Below are positions 9,983 to 19,711 of a stretch of DNA of 64,000 nucleotides, one piece after another. Position 1 is the stretch's first letter; every line of letters begins with the position of its first letter. The notes below the pieces were generated by a model that worked only from the letters and a program-made list of their open reading frames with translations, made no database searches and was not told the origin of the DNA. Source of the stretch: an uncultured archaeon (lineage in GTDB: Archaea; Iainarchaeota; Iainarchaeia; Iainarchaeales; GCA-2688035). The stretch spans positions 68,532-132,531 of the forward strand of contig CAYHBD010000016.1 of assembly GCA_964354805.1 (NCBI GenBank), written 5' to 3'. The position numbers and the translations under genes are program-made.

Positions 9983-10520
9983 CCTTGATCACTCCAGCGC
10001 TATCTCTTGTTATAGCGTATGCCTTAAATGGTGGGAGTGGGCCTTGGATTTTCAGGCTGGCACAATTGCTCGGCACGGCGGTTTGCAGCAATGCAATTGA
10101 AGCGCTGCACTCAAAGTAAGGGGGTGATCCTATTTCCTCGCACCCCCGGGGTTTCGGTCTTTTTTCATTCATTTTGTTTACATCCACAGTAAAATTAATC
10201 TGGTTTCCACTGCATGAAATGCTTGCCTTGTTTGGAACAAGCAGGTGAATTGTTTTCTTGCTCTCGCCGCTGTTTGCAGCTGCTTCGTTTAAAGCGTTCG
10301 CCAATTTTTGGGCAGAAATTTTTGTATCGCTTACTCTTTGTACATCCTCTGCTGCAACTGTTGCGTCATTTATCAGCGGCCAGACTGTTCCGTAAATGTA
10401 AACAAGCGTGATAACAATCAGCAGAATAAATTCAATGCTGACCTGGCCTTTTTGCCTTTTGGCAAAAACCCCAGGGAAAAATGGCAATTGCTTCGCAATT
10501 GCTTGCCCTCTTTTGTTCAA
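9975..10520 (-). CDS. Type IV pilin-like protein with extended leader containing a repeat element
   Basis: ...KRQKG/QVSIEFILLIVITLVYIYG. I prefer the TTG start at 10518-10520 (giving MNKRGQAIAKQLPFFPGVFAKRQKGQVSIEF). It overlaps the TGA stop of the upstream peptidase gene as TTGA, and it matches the MNKRGQ start of ORF 38211-38615. Confidence 0.6.
   Translation of the reverse strand: MNKRGQAIAKQLPFFPGVFAKRQKGQVSIEFILLIVITLVYIYGTVWPLINDATVAAEDVQRVSDTKISAQKLANALNEAAANSGESKKTIHLLVPNKASISCSGNQINFTVDVNKMNEKRPKPRGCEEIGSPPYFECSASIALLQTAVPSNCASLKIQGPLPPFKAYAITRDSAGVIKVE
10445..10502 (+). repeat. Two-hairpin repeat element, copy inside the pilin-gene 5' end
   Basis: GGCC-TTTTTGCC-tttt-GGCAAAAA-CCCCAGGGAAAAATG-GCAATTGC-ttc-GCAATTGC. 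Confidence 0.7.
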
Positions 10521-11500
10521 TGCAAGAAAACCCAAATCAAATCACCAACTACATTCAACGCAATGTATGCAATCAATACAGCCGGAACCATTGCAGCGCT
10601 CTCCTTCACCATTATTGCATCCTGCAATTTTCCTTCCTTGACCAATTGCTGCAATTCTTTTATTTCCTCAACTGTAACTCCGCCTGCCCTCGCGCTTGAA
10701 ACAATTTCCCTTTGCTGCATTGTTTTGCTGGATCTATTAGCAACAAAGTAGTTAATTAAATTTTTTATTCCCTTTTCAGGCGCCCTTTTCGCATTTCCAG
10801 CGCTTTCAACAATTGTTTCACCAACAATCATACCCTCCTGCAAATCGCTTATCCTGATTGTTTTTCTCATTAAAACCTTTGACATGGTGTGCAATTTGAA
10901 CAAAAAATAAACCAGCCAGATTGCAGCAATCGGCAGCAACAATTGGAAAAGGGCGTCATCCTTGTTCAAAAACGCGTAGCTGCCCAATGCAGCGATAACC
11001 ACAAAGCCAATGCCAAAAAAAAGCAATTGCCTTATGATTTTTTTCCCGTGTCGTTTGTCCCTATGCAGCCTTCCCAATGCGAGGAAAATCCCATATGGCA
11101 GCATTGCAAACAAGCTGAAAATGAATAAAGTTAGGAAAAAGATTGGCAGCTCAATTGCCGCAAACAAAGGAATTGAAAGAACCCCAAGCCTGCCCAGAAT
11201 ATTTGGATTCACTGGATTCAATGCGGCAATCCCGGTGAAAAGCTTCACGTCACCGCCTGCCCAGACACCGGCTTTGTACAAAAGCAGGGAGAACAGGAAA
11301 GCAGCAATTGCCGCAATAACGGAATTAAAGAAAAGAAAAAAATTGCTTTCAAGAAAGCCAAGCGCCAAATAGCCAATTAAACCAAGCGCAATCATTCCAT
11401 AAGTGAGCTTGTCGCTCACAATCCTCTGCTTTAAATCAGTGTAGGATGCAATAATCAGCGCAATCAGTGAAGCAAGAAAAAAGAACAAGAAAGGGGTCAA
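10517..11500 (-). CDS. A24-family prepilin/preflagellin peptidase (PibD/FlaK-like) with C-terminal extension
   Basis: Polytopic protein with the two Asp motifs SYTDLKQRIVSD and WAGGDVKLF. TTG start. Located inside the pilus locus. Confidence 0.75.
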   Translation of the reverse strand: MTPFLFFFLASLIALIIASYTDLKQRIVSDKLTYGMIALGLIGYLALGFLESNFFLFFNSVIAAIAAFLFSLLLYKAGVWAGGDVKLFTGIAALNPVNPNILGRLGVLSIPLFAAIELPIFFLTLFIFSLFAMLPYGIFLALGRLHRDKRHGKKIIRQLLFFGIGFVVIAALGSYAFLNKDDALFQLLLPIAAIWLVYFLFKLHTMSKVLMRKTIRISDLQEGMIVGETIVESAGNAKRAPEKGIKNLINYFVANRSSKTMQQREIVSSARAGGVTVEEIKELQQLVKEGKLQDAIMVKESAAMVPAVLIAYIALNVVGDLIWVFLH

Positions 11501-11512
11501 AAAAAGCCCCCC

Positions 11513-11689
11513 TTATGCAGTCTGCAGCAGTGAAGCAATTGAATTATCCCTGTAATCCAAAATCTTTGCCTGAGCCTGCAAAGCAACGCCCCTGATTGAA
11601 TCAACAACAATCGCCGCAATCATTGCAAGAGTAATGCCAAACAAAGCCATAAGCAAATACTCAATCGAAACCTGCGCTCTTTGCTCCAT
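11513..11689 (-). CDS. Small Flp-like archaeal pilin (class III signal peptide), 58 aa; below the ORF-track cutoff
   Basis: Own translation: MEQRA/QVSIEYLLMALFGITLAMIAAIVVDSIRGVALQAQAKILDYRDNSIASLLQTA. Confidence 0.65.
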   Translation of the reverse strand: MEQRAQVSIEYLLMALFGITLAMIAAIVVDSIRGVALQAQAKILDYRDNSIASLLQTA

Positions 11690-11716
11690 TGCAAACCACC
11701 ATTCTTTATCTAATTA

Positions 11717-12070
11717 TTATGGCGTAGCCGTTGTACAGGTTTTCTTATTGCCTAAACCGCAGCTTGCAAAGTCCGTTGTAGCAGTGGCGTTAGTCATATC
11801 TGCTTTTAGTGGCTGGCACGCATAGCAAAGCCCTGCTGCTGTTTTAACACACGGCGAAACAGGAACTGCGGGTGGTCCCACCGACGCAACGTTGCAGCTA
11901 AGTGCACTGCATGACGCGTATGTTGCTTTCATTGCGCATTTGGTGGCTGCTTCTGGGTTTTGTGTTGTTGTTGGTATTCCTGTTATTAGTGCGATTACTA
12001 TTGATGCCACTAAGACTGCTCCTCCTATGAGCAGCAGGTATTCCAATGCTCCCTGGCCTTTTTTATTCAT
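11717..12070 (-). CDS. Type IV pilin (class III signal peptide), Cys-rich mature domain
   Basis: MNKKG/QGALEYLLLIGGAVLVASIVIAL. Confidence 0.75.
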   Translation of the reverse strand: MNKKGQGALEYLLLIGGAVLVASIVIALITGIPTTTQNPEAATKCAMKATYASCSALSCNVASVGPPAVPVSPCVKTAAGLCYACQPLKADMTNATATTDFASCGLGNKKTCTTATP

Positions 12071-12250
12071 AGATTTTACTCTCCGTTTTGATGTTAATTT
12101 ATTCTTTTTTCTGGTTAATAAATATTCCTTTTATGTTTTTTAACCTTTTGGGGCTGTTTCTTTTCTGTTTCTTTAACCCTTGCCGGCGTTTTCTGGTATT
12201 GCCCTTTTATTTCTCTTTTTTTTTGGGTTAATCCATGATTTTTTTGTTTC

Positions 12251-12388
12251 TTATGGTGTTGTTGCTCCTTCGCCTGCTGCTGTTGCAGCCTGCTTCAGCA
12301 TTACGCCCACGATTGCGGCAATTGCAACCGCCGCCCCAATCAACAGCAGCATTTCAATTGATGCCTGCGCTTTTTCTCCCAGTTCCAT
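12251..12388 (-). CDS. Small Flp-like archaeal pilin, 45 aa; below the ORF-track cutoff
   Basis: Own translation: MELGEKA/QASIEMLLLIGAAVAIAAIVGVMLKQAATAAGEGATTP. Confidence 0.6.
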   Translation of the reverse strand: MELGEKAQASIEMLLLIGAAVAIAAIVGVMLKQAATAAGEGATTP

Positions 12389-12436
12389 TTCATCCACCAA
12401 ACCTGTTATTTGCCCATTCACGCTTTTCCACGGCTT

Positions 12437-13384
12437 TCACGCGTGTATTCCACTGATTAATCCGCTTGAAGCGAATGCTGATAAGTAAAAGCACGCGTAT
12501 GCAATCAATAATAGTATTGGCAGGTATATAATACTTTTGTTCATTTTTCCTTCCCTCACCAATGCAATCATTATGGCGCCTGCCACGACCTCAATCAGTA
12601 TGTATGATTGCAGCAAGAGAATGATTATGCTGTTTGTTGCCATCGCATCTTGGATTTGAATGCTTGATAAATTCAAGCCAATTGCTGTCTGCATTAGGAG
12701 GTTTATTACTGTTGAAATCAAGCCAATGATAATTGGCGCAATAATTGCGCCGGCTGCAATAATGAAAATAACCTGCAGCATTGTTCCGCTTATTCTTTCC
12801 CTTGTAATCCTGTGCAGTTCCCTTACATCATCGGCTATTTCATCAAGCACATCAGCCAGGCCAGCGCCTGCTTTGATTGAATCAATTATTATTGAAACAG
12901 TTCTTTTCACCAGAACGGAATCAATGTTTCCAGCAAAGCTGCGCAGGCTGTTCTCAAGGTTTTCGCCTTCTTCCATTTTTCGCAAAACGGTTTCCAGTTC
13001 CTTGCTTATTGGGCCATAGCCTGCTGTAACGATTTCCCTTAACGCGTACTCGTATGTTCCGCCTGATTTCAGGATGTCTGCCATTTGCTTCAGCGCTTCG
13101 GGCAGCATTTCCTCTATTGCGCTTGTTCTCCTTATTGCAAGCAGGTAGGGGTATCCAAGCATCAGGTCTGCTGCAACAATGAAAATTATTGGTGAAATCA
13201 GAGCTGAAATCGGCAATTGCAACATGAATACGAGGGCAATTGTTAAGAAAGCCAATAGAATTGAAACAAGCAAAGAAATCAGCAGCCATGCCTCTGCCGC
13301 TATTTTGAAATTTATTTGATGCAGGGCCTGCTTGTACGATTGCCAGAATTTGAATCCAGTGGATTTTTCAGCCATTTCTTTCAC
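12437..13384 (-). CDS. Type II secretion system F-domain membrane protein (TadC/FlaJ-like)
   Basis: 315 aa. TM-cytoplasmic domain-TM architecture with the LKSGGTYEYALREI...SLRSFAGNIDS pattern of T2SS-F domains. Confidence 0.75.
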   Translation of the reverse strand: MKEMAEKSTGFKFWQSYKQALHQINFKIAAEAWLLISLLVSILLAFLTIALVFMLQLPISALISPIIFIVAADLMLGYPYLLAIRRTSAIEEMLPEALKQMADILKSGGTYEYALREIVTAGYGPISKELETVLRKMEEGENLENSLRSFAGNIDSVLVKRTVSIIIDSIKAGAGLADVLDEIADDVRELHRITRERISGTMLQVIFIIAAGAIIAPIIIGLISTVINLLMQTAIGLNLSSIQIQDAMATNSIIILLLQSYILIEVVAGAIMIALVREGKMNKSIIYLPILLLIAYACFYLSAFASSGLISGIHA

Positions 13385-13417
13385 GCCCTTGTTTTGGATT
13401 TTTTTTAACCTCTTTTT

Positions 13418-14623
13418 TCACACCCTTGGTTGGGCTGTTTTAATGTATACGACAAAGCAAATCAAAATGAATGGGATTACCAGCAGATAAATTGCCGCAA
13501 TTACCGGCAGGCTCAATGGCAGTGCCGCTAAAGCAATGCCTGTTGACTGCAGTGGGCTGTTTCTCACCGCGCCCAAAACACTGACCATTACCGGCAGAAC
13601 AATTGCGCCGAAAACAAATAATACCCCGAGAAAATTCATTCTCATTCCAAATTCCCTGATTGCGCTCCTCATTTCGAATGAAACATCTTCAGCAATGTCA
13701 CTCATTGCATCACTCAGGTTGCCGCCTGTTTTCAATGCCCTGATTATGTGGATTGCCGCATTCCGCAATGCCTTGCTTTGCGTCCTTACTGCCAGATGCC
13801 TTAGCGCGTCCTGCGTATCAATGCCTTCCTCCACTTCCGTTATCACCTGGCTGAATTCTTCTGACAATGCGCCGTAGTCCGCTGTTGCAATTGTCTGTAT
13901 TGTTTTGTACAATCCAATTCCCGCCCTCAGTTCTGTTGCCATGTGCCTTAATGCGAACGGCAGTTCAACGCTTACAGCGCTGCCCCTTGCAATTGCCTTT
14001 CGTTTTGGAATAATTAACAGCACTACCGAGGAGATAAAGAATGAAAGGACTGAGATGATTATTATGAGCAAAATTCTTGTTGCAAGAGCCATATTCAGGT
14101 AAGTTAGGATTGCAATTGACAAAACCAATGAAATGAAGAAAACAATTGTTGAGGATGCAACAGTTAATGCGAGATACTGCTTGCTGCTGTACCTCATGTT
14201 CGCCGAATACAAATAGAATGCCAGCATCTCCATTTCAGGGAATTTGCCCAAAGCGTTTGCAATCGGCTTCAAAACAGCGCCCAAACTCAAATAAATTTTT
14301 GCAAGCGCCTGAATTATTTTCGATTTAACTTCACGCAGTTCTTCAATTGTTTGAATCTCAACGCCGGCACCTTTGTCTTCGGCAATAAGACCCCGCAATT
14401 CTCCAAGAACCCCTTTTACCTCCGCAAACTCAACACCTTCAGCCCTGTATTTTTCCCGCATTCTTTTGACTATCTTGTCAACCTTCTCCATGTCAATTTC
14501 AGAGGCAGCTTCCTCCGCTGGTGCAGCAGTTTTTCCTGCAACCGGCTTTTCATCCGCTGCAATCTTTTTCTTCAATGAAGCAACATTTTCAGGCATCAGT
14601 GCCAACTCCAATAAGATTTTCAT
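13418..14623 (-). CDS. Type II secretion system F-domain membrane protein (TadB/FlaJ-like) with N-terminal cytoplasmic extension
   Basis: 401 aa. LRHMATELRAGIGLYKTIQTIA...ALKTGGNLSDAMSDIAED. Adjacent to the second T2SS-F gene and the ATPase. Confidence 0.75.
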   Translation of the reverse strand: MKILLELALMPENVASLKKKIAADEKPVAGKTAAPAEEAASEIDMEKVDKIVKRMREKYRAEGVEFAEVKGVLGELRGLIAEDKGAGVEIQTIEELREVKSKIIQALAKIYLSLGAVLKPIANALGKFPEMEMLAFYLYSANMRYSSKQYLALTVASSTIVFFISLVLSIAILTYLNMALATRILLIIIISVLSFFISSVVLLIIPKRKAIARGSAVSVELPFALRHMATELRAGIGLYKTIQTIATADYGALSEEFSQVITEVEEGIDTQDALRHLAVRTQSKALRNAAIHIIRALKTGGNLSDAMSDIAEDVSFEMRSAIREFGMRMNFLGVLFVFGAIVLPVMVSVLGAVRNSPLQSTGIALAALPLSLPVIAAIYLLVIPFILICFVVYIKTAQPRV

Positions 14624-14730
14624 TTACAAGGGCAGCAATCAATCCATCTGCATCCATTCAGCGCCCCTCCAATAAAAACATTTCAACACATTTTGAGCAA
14701 AAGATTCGGCAGCTGCTGTATCCAGCCATT

Positions 14731-16500
14731 TCAGCGCCCCTCCAGCAAAAATAACTCGCTTGCCTTCTTTGTTTCAGCAATTCCCCTAATGCCCCTTGCC
14801 GCAAGCTGCTGCAGGAAAATTGTTCGCTCTCTCCACTCTTCTTCAATCTTGTTCCTGCTCAAGCCTGTGAAGTCCTGCAAAATTTTAAGGTACTTAATTG
14901 GCGCGGTTGTTTTCTCAATTGTGTCAGTAACCGGATTCCGTTCAAAAATCGTCTGGGTTTGCGGGCTTCTCAGCAGAACACCGCTGACTTCGCTGATGTT
15001 TGTAATCCTCCTGATAGTGCCCCGCTTCTTGTCATGGATTTTGTGCTCAACCATTATGATGTCAAGCCCTGATAGCATTACCTCCGGCACACTCATTGGC
15101 GGGTTGGTAACACGCACAATTGTTTCCTGCGGGCTGTTTGCGTGAACTGTTCCCATGCAACCGTCATGCCCGGTATTGAGTGCGGTGAACAGGGTGAATG
15201 CTTCATCGTGCCTTACCTCTCCCACAATTATCCTGTCAGGTCTCATTCTCAGGCTGTTTTTTGTCAAAATATCAAGCGTCAGCTCTCCCTTTCCCTCTAA
15301 TCCCGGCGGCCTTGCCTCAAGCCTAATCCAGTGGCGCAAAGGCAGATTTAACTCTGCCGTGTCTTCGATTGTTATTATTCTTTCCCTTTCCGGAATGAAG
15401 CTGGCTAAGCAGTTCAAGGTTGTTGTTTTCCCGCTTGAGGTTCCGCCTGCTATTAGAATGTTTGCCGGCTTTGCTCCCATTCCTTCAACGCAAAGCCACA
15501 GGAAGCCAGCAACCTCTGCTGAAATAGTGCCCAGGCTGATTAAGTCAATCATGCTGTAAGGATCCTTTCTGAATTTTCTTATTGTGAGCGTTGCGCCTTC
15601 AACCGAAGCCGGTGCAATTGTTGCGTTCACCCTGCTTCCATCAGGCAGCCTTGCATCAAGCAATGGGCTGCTTATGTCTACTCTCCTTCCAACCTGCCTT
15701 GCAATCCTGTTGATTAAATCAATTACTTCCTGGTCGCTGTAGAACTCTATGTTTGAGGTCATCATTTCGTATTCCCTGTGGAACAAGTAGACAGGTTTTC
15801 TCGGGCCAATGATCATTATTTCCTCCAAGTTGTCATCTGTTACAAGTGGGTCGATTATTCCATATCCAACCATTTCCCTTACAACGCATTCAGCGTAGAA
15901 TTCAAATCTTCTCTCCGGAATGTGCAATTCTGGGCTGTTCCGCAGGATTTCAAGGATTTTTTGCGTGTAAACAGCTTTCCTCTGCTCCGGCTCCCTGATT
16001 CTGTAGGGGGAAATCGTAATCAGTCTTGTTGCAGCCTCTTTTATTGTACTAATCACTGTTTTCTCTGCTTTTGTCGGCCTTGCAACCGGAACATAATAAT
16101 AAAGCAACGACTTTCCCGGAATCTGGTAAATTTTCACATCCCCGTAAGCAGTGATTTCCTTTTTTTGCGCTGCCCTCTCGATCTCTCTTTCGACATCGCT
16201 TTTCTCCGGAACCTCTTCCGCTGCTTCCCGCTCCGCAACCACTGTTCCTATGGCCTCGCTTCCCTTTGCCTCCGCTGCAATTGCCGCGGCACCGGCTTCT
16301 TCGGCAGCTGTTTCCTTTCCGGCAATCTCTTCCAGCGCCTCTATTGTTTCCTCGCCTGGCGCTGTCTCATCTTCGCCTGCCCTAAAGCTTTTTTCCAACT
16401 CTTCGCCAAGCGATGCAGCGGGCTTTTTCTGCTGCTCTTCCTTTTTCTTTTCAGCCTTGACTTTTTTAATCAATTCAGCCAAGTAATCCTGTTCAGGCAT
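14731..16500 (-). CDS. Type IV pilus/archaellum-family secretion ATPase (FlaI/TadA/VirB11-like) with acidic N-terminal extension
   Basis: Walker A IAGGTSSGKTTTLN, Asp box ITIEDTAEL, Walker B DRIIVGEVR, His box TGHDGCMGTVHA. Confidence 0.9.
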   Translation of the reverse strand: MPEQDYLAELIKKVKAEKKKEEQQKKPAASLGEELEKSFRAGEDETAPGEETIEALEEIAGKETAAEEAGAAAIAAEAKGSEAIGTVVAEREAAEEVPEKSDVEREIERAAQKKEITAYGDVKIYQIPGKSLLYYYVPVARPTKAEKTVISTIKEAATRLITISPYRIREPEQRKAVYTQKILEILRNSPELHIPERRFEFYAECVVREMVGYGIIDPLVTDDNLEEIMIIGPRKPVYLFHREYEMMTSNIEFYSDQEVIDLINRIARQVGRRVDISSPLLDARLPDGSRVNATIAPASVEGATLTIRKFRKDPYSMIDLISLGTISAEVAGFLWLCVEGMGAKPANILIAGGTSSGKTTTLNCLASFIPERERIITIEDTAELNLPLRHWIRLEARPPGLEGKGELTLDILTKNSLRMRPDRIIVGEVRHDEAFTLFTALNTGHDGCMGTVHANSPQETIVRVTNPPMSVPEVMLSGLDIIMVEHKIHDKKRGTIRRITNISEVSGVLLRSPQTQTIFERNPVTDTIEKTTAPIKYLKILQDFTGLSRNKIEEEWRERTIFLQQLAARGIRGIAETKKASELFLLEGR

Positions 16501-16636
16501 ACATTAATCCAATAAGAAATAGGCATTCTATTATATAAACTTTTTTTATGCGTTTTGGGGGATGTCATTTGCAATTTTTAAAAAATTTAAATGATATTTT
16601 TTCAATTGAATTAAATTAGAATTAAAGCGCAATTGC

Positions 16637-18364
16637 CTATTTCTTTTCCTTTATTTCCAGCAGCAATTGTTCAATGAATTTTTCCACTTTCACCGGGCCG
16701 ATTACTTTTCCGCTTCTCTCCCTCACAGTAACAGTGCCTTCTTTTTCCTCTTTATCGCCGGCAACCAAAATGTAGGGAACCTTTTGCATTTGCGCGTCCC
16801 TTACTTTTGCTGAAACCGTTTCGGTTCTGTCATCCAGTTCAACCCGCAAGCCCGCTTCCCGCATCTGCTTTACTGTTTTTTCCGCATATGCTTTGTGCCT
16901 GTCCGCTATCGCAATCAATGAAACCTGCACTGGCGCAAGCCATGAAGGAAAAGCCCCGCCATAATGTTCAATCAGTATTCCAAAGAATCTTTCCATTGAA
17001 CCGTAAATTACCCTGTGCAGCATCACCGGTCTTTTTGGCTTGTCATCCCTGTCAATGTAATGCAAATCGAATTTTTCGGGCATGCTAAAATCCAGCTGGA
17101 TTGTTGCGCACTGCCATGTCCTGTCCAAGGCATCCCTAATATGGAAATCGATTTTTGGGCCGTAGAATGCGCCCTCGCCTTCCTTCACTTTGAATTCAAT
17201 TTTTCTTTTCTGCATTGCGTTGCCAAGCGCCTTTTCAGCTTTCTCCCAAATGGCAGCGCTGCCCATCGCGTTTTCAGGCTTTGTGCTTAATTCAACATGG
17301 TATGGAAACCCAAACGTTTTGTAAAAGTGGTCAACCAGTTCAATTATTTTGATTATTTCTTCTTCCATTTGTTCTTCAGTGCAGAAAATGTGTGCATCAT
17401 CCTGGGTGAATTTCCTAACCCTGAACAATCCGTTCAAGACCCCTGATTTTTCATGCCTGTGGACTATTCCCATTTCAGCCATTCTGATCGGTAAATCCCT
17501 GTAGCTGTGCCTTTTCGTTTTGAATATGAGGATGCCTCCAGGGCAGTTCATTGGCTTTACGGCAAAATCCTCATCGTCAATTTTGGTGAAATACATGTTT
17601 TCCTTATAGTGGTCCCAGTGCCCGCTCTGCACCCACAAATCTTTTCGCAGAATAAGCGGGGTGTTTACCTCAACATATCCGGCTTTTGCATGCTCTGCTC
17701 TCCAAAAGTTTGCAAGCTCGTTCCACACAATCATTCCTTTTGGGTGGATGAAAACGCATCCAGGCGCTTCAGGCTGCATGCTGAACAGGTCAAGCTGCTT
17801 TCCAAGCAGCATGTGGTTTCTTTTCTCAGCTTCCTCTTTCCTCTGCACCCACTGCTGCAGCATTTTTTCTTCCGGAAAAGAAATTCCGTAAATCCTCTGC
17901 AGCATTTTGTTTTTCTCGCTGCCCCTCCAGTAAGCGCCTGCAACCCGCAATAATTTAATTGCTTTAATCTGCTCGCTGTTTTCAAGGTGCGGTCCTTTGC
18001 ACAAGTCAGTGAATTCGCCATTGGTGTAAATGGAAACCTTTTTTCCCGGCAATTCATTGATTAATTCAATCTTGTATTGTTGCTCTTTGAACAATTCAAG
18101 CGCTTTCTTTTTGTCAATCTCTTTTTTTTCAAATGCCTGTTTCTCTGCAATTATTTCCGCCATTTTTTTCTCAATACACTGCAGGTCGTCAGGCGTAAAT
18201 GGCCTGCTTGAGTCAAAATCGTAGTAGAAGCCCTCTTCAATTGAGGGCCCGATTGCGAATTTCACATCTGGAAAAAGCAGCTTTACGGCTGCCGCCATCA
18301 CATGGCTGCTGCTGTGCCAGAAGTGCTGCCTGTCCTCTTCCTTGCTCCAGTCGATTTTGCCCAT
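16637..18364 (-). CDS. thrS: Threonyl-tRNA synthetase (no N-terminal TGS domain)
   Basis: 575 aa. HSSSHVMAAAV (editing-domain HxxxH) at residues 17-21, class II core (FRVRKFTQDDAHIF, GAFYGPKIDF) and a C-terminal anticodon-binding domain. Confidence 0.92.
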   Translation of the reverse strand: MGKIDWSKEEDRQHFWHSSSHVMAAAVKLLFPDVKFAIGPSIEEGFYYDFDSSRPFTPDDLQCIEKKMAEIIAEKQAFEKKEIDKKKALELFKEQQYKIELINELPGKKVSIYTNGEFTDLCKGPHLENSEQIKAIKLLRVAGAYWRGSEKNKMLQRIYGISFPEEKMLQQWVQRKEEAEKRNHMLLGKQLDLFSMQPEAPGCVFIHPKGMIVWNELANFWRAEHAKAGYVEVNTPLILRKDLWVQSGHWDHYKENMYFTKIDDEDFAVKPMNCPGGILIFKTKRHSYRDLPIRMAEMGIVHRHEKSGVLNGLFRVRKFTQDDAHIFCTEEQMEEEIIKIIELVDHFYKTFGFPYHVELSTKPENAMGSAAIWEKAEKALGNAMQKRKIEFKVKEGEGAFYGPKIDFHIRDALDRTWQCATIQLDFSMPEKFDLHYIDRDDKPKRPVMLHRVIYGSMERFFGILIEHYGGAFPSWLAPVQVSLIAIADRHKAYAEKTVKQMREAGLRVELDDRTETVSAKVRDAQMQKVPYILVAGDKEEKEGTVTVRERSGKVIGPVKVEKFIEQLLLEIKEKK

Positions 18365-18478
18365 AACTTAAGAATAAGTTGCGCTTTTTATTTAAAACTA
18401 TGGGGGATGGTGGATTGCTCTCCTTATCAACTTCTATTGATTGCTTTTTAATTAATTTTACAGCATAACTATCAGTAT

Positions 18479-19711
18479 ATGATTTCTCCTAACCTGTGCA
18501 TCAGGTGCAAGGGCAAATTGCTGTGTGGCTTGAGCTACTGCCAGATTCTGCGAAAGTACAGCGAGCAGAGCAGGGCGGTTGCCGAAATTAAGGGCAATCG
18601 CTTCACTGGGAGCAGCCCGCCAAGCATTTTTGTCAGCTGGGGCAACTATCCCAATGTCCAGATCGCTCCCCTAAGTCCTACAGCTGTGATGGACAGCGCT
18701 TTGTTTGATTCTCCGGAGAAATGGTTCGGCCTGCCCCAAGAGCAAATAGTTTCCTTCAGGGAACAACTGCTTAGGAGCAACAAGCGCATCAATGTGAATG
18801 CCGCATCAAAGCCTTCTTATGATTTGTTTGAGATGCAGCAGCTGGTTATGGCTGCAAAGCCGACAGCAATTGACGTGCAGCTGGAGCGCAAGCCAGTTCC
18901 CTTTCTTTCATTCCACGAAAGCGTTGCACCGCTTGGGCCAAGCGCCCCCTTGGTTAAAATGCGTTTGGAAGAGAACCCGAAAATAAACAGAAAAGTTGAC
19001 AAAGCGGTTGCCGATACTGATTTGAAATCAAACGATGCATTGATTTTTTTATACGATGCCGGCTTTCCAATAAGCACTCTGCAAAAGCTGTTAAGCGCGG
19101 GCACGCTCGGCATTGGAAAGAACAGGAAATTTGTCCCAACCAGGTTTTCGATTACCGCTGTTGACACAAATATTGGAACTGAGTTAATAGAGGAAATAAA
19201 AAATTTTCAGCAAATTGGGGAAATCCAGTTTTTTTCATCGGAATATCTTGGAAACAGGTTCTTTATTCTTTTAATCCCTGCTGCTTGGGCTTTTGAGAAT
19301 TTGGAGGCATGGGTTCCTGGCAGCATGTGGTATCAGGAAAAAGACCCATCAAAGATTGCGATAATGCAGGACCACGAATTTTATGATGGGAGAACGGACT
19401 ATGCGGCAAATGTTGAGGGGGCTTATTATTCTGCGAGGTTGGCGGTTTGTGAGTATTTAAAAAAAATAAAGAGACAAGCAGCAGTTCTTGTTTTTCGGGA
19501 GATTACTCCCGAATATAATATTGGGCTTGGGGTTTGGGTAATCAGAGAAACTGTAAGGAACGCGCTTTCAAAGAAACCTTTAACTTTTTCTGATTTAGAG
19601 TTGGCTTTGGCTCTTGTTGAAAGAAAATTGCAGACCCCCTTCAAGCTGTGGAAAAAGGAGAGCAAACTTTTAGATTTTTTGCAACATCAGCGGCGGCTTT
19701 CTGATTTCTGA
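18479..19711 (+). CDS. Archaeal Nre-family (DUF650/DUF651) putative DNA repair protein
   Basis: N-terminal CIRCKGKLLCGLSYC Cys cluster and overall length match Nre proteins as I recall them. Assignment is from memory only. Confidence 0.5.
   Translation: MISPNLCIRCKGKLLCGLSYCQILRKYSEQSRAVAEIKGNRFTGSSPPSIFVSWGNYPNVQIAPLSPTAVMDSALFDSPEKWFGLPQEQIVSFREQLLRSNKRINVNAASKPSYDLFEMQQLVMAAKPTAIDVQLERKPVPFLSFHESVAPLGPSAPLVKMRLEENPKINRKVDKAVADTDLKSNDALIFLYDAGFPISTLQKLLSAGTLGIGKNRKFVPTRFSITAVDTNIGTELIEEIKNFQQIGEIQFFSSEYLGNRFFILLIPAAWAFENLEAWVPGSMWYQEKDPSKIAIMQDHEFYDGRTDYAANVEGAYYSARLAVCEYLKKIKRQAAVLVFREITPEYNIGLGVWVIRETVRNALSKKPLTFSDLELALALVERKLQTPFKLWKKESKLLDFLQHQRRLSDF

Noticed and set aside
15778-16515. 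245-aa plus-strand ORF, and similar antisense ORFs in the ATPase, CDC48, topA, TctA-like and pheS genes (e.g. 8563-9180, 35201-35791, 30045-30544, 61312-62004)
   Set aside because: All of them lie opposite strongly supported genes and encode low-complexity products.
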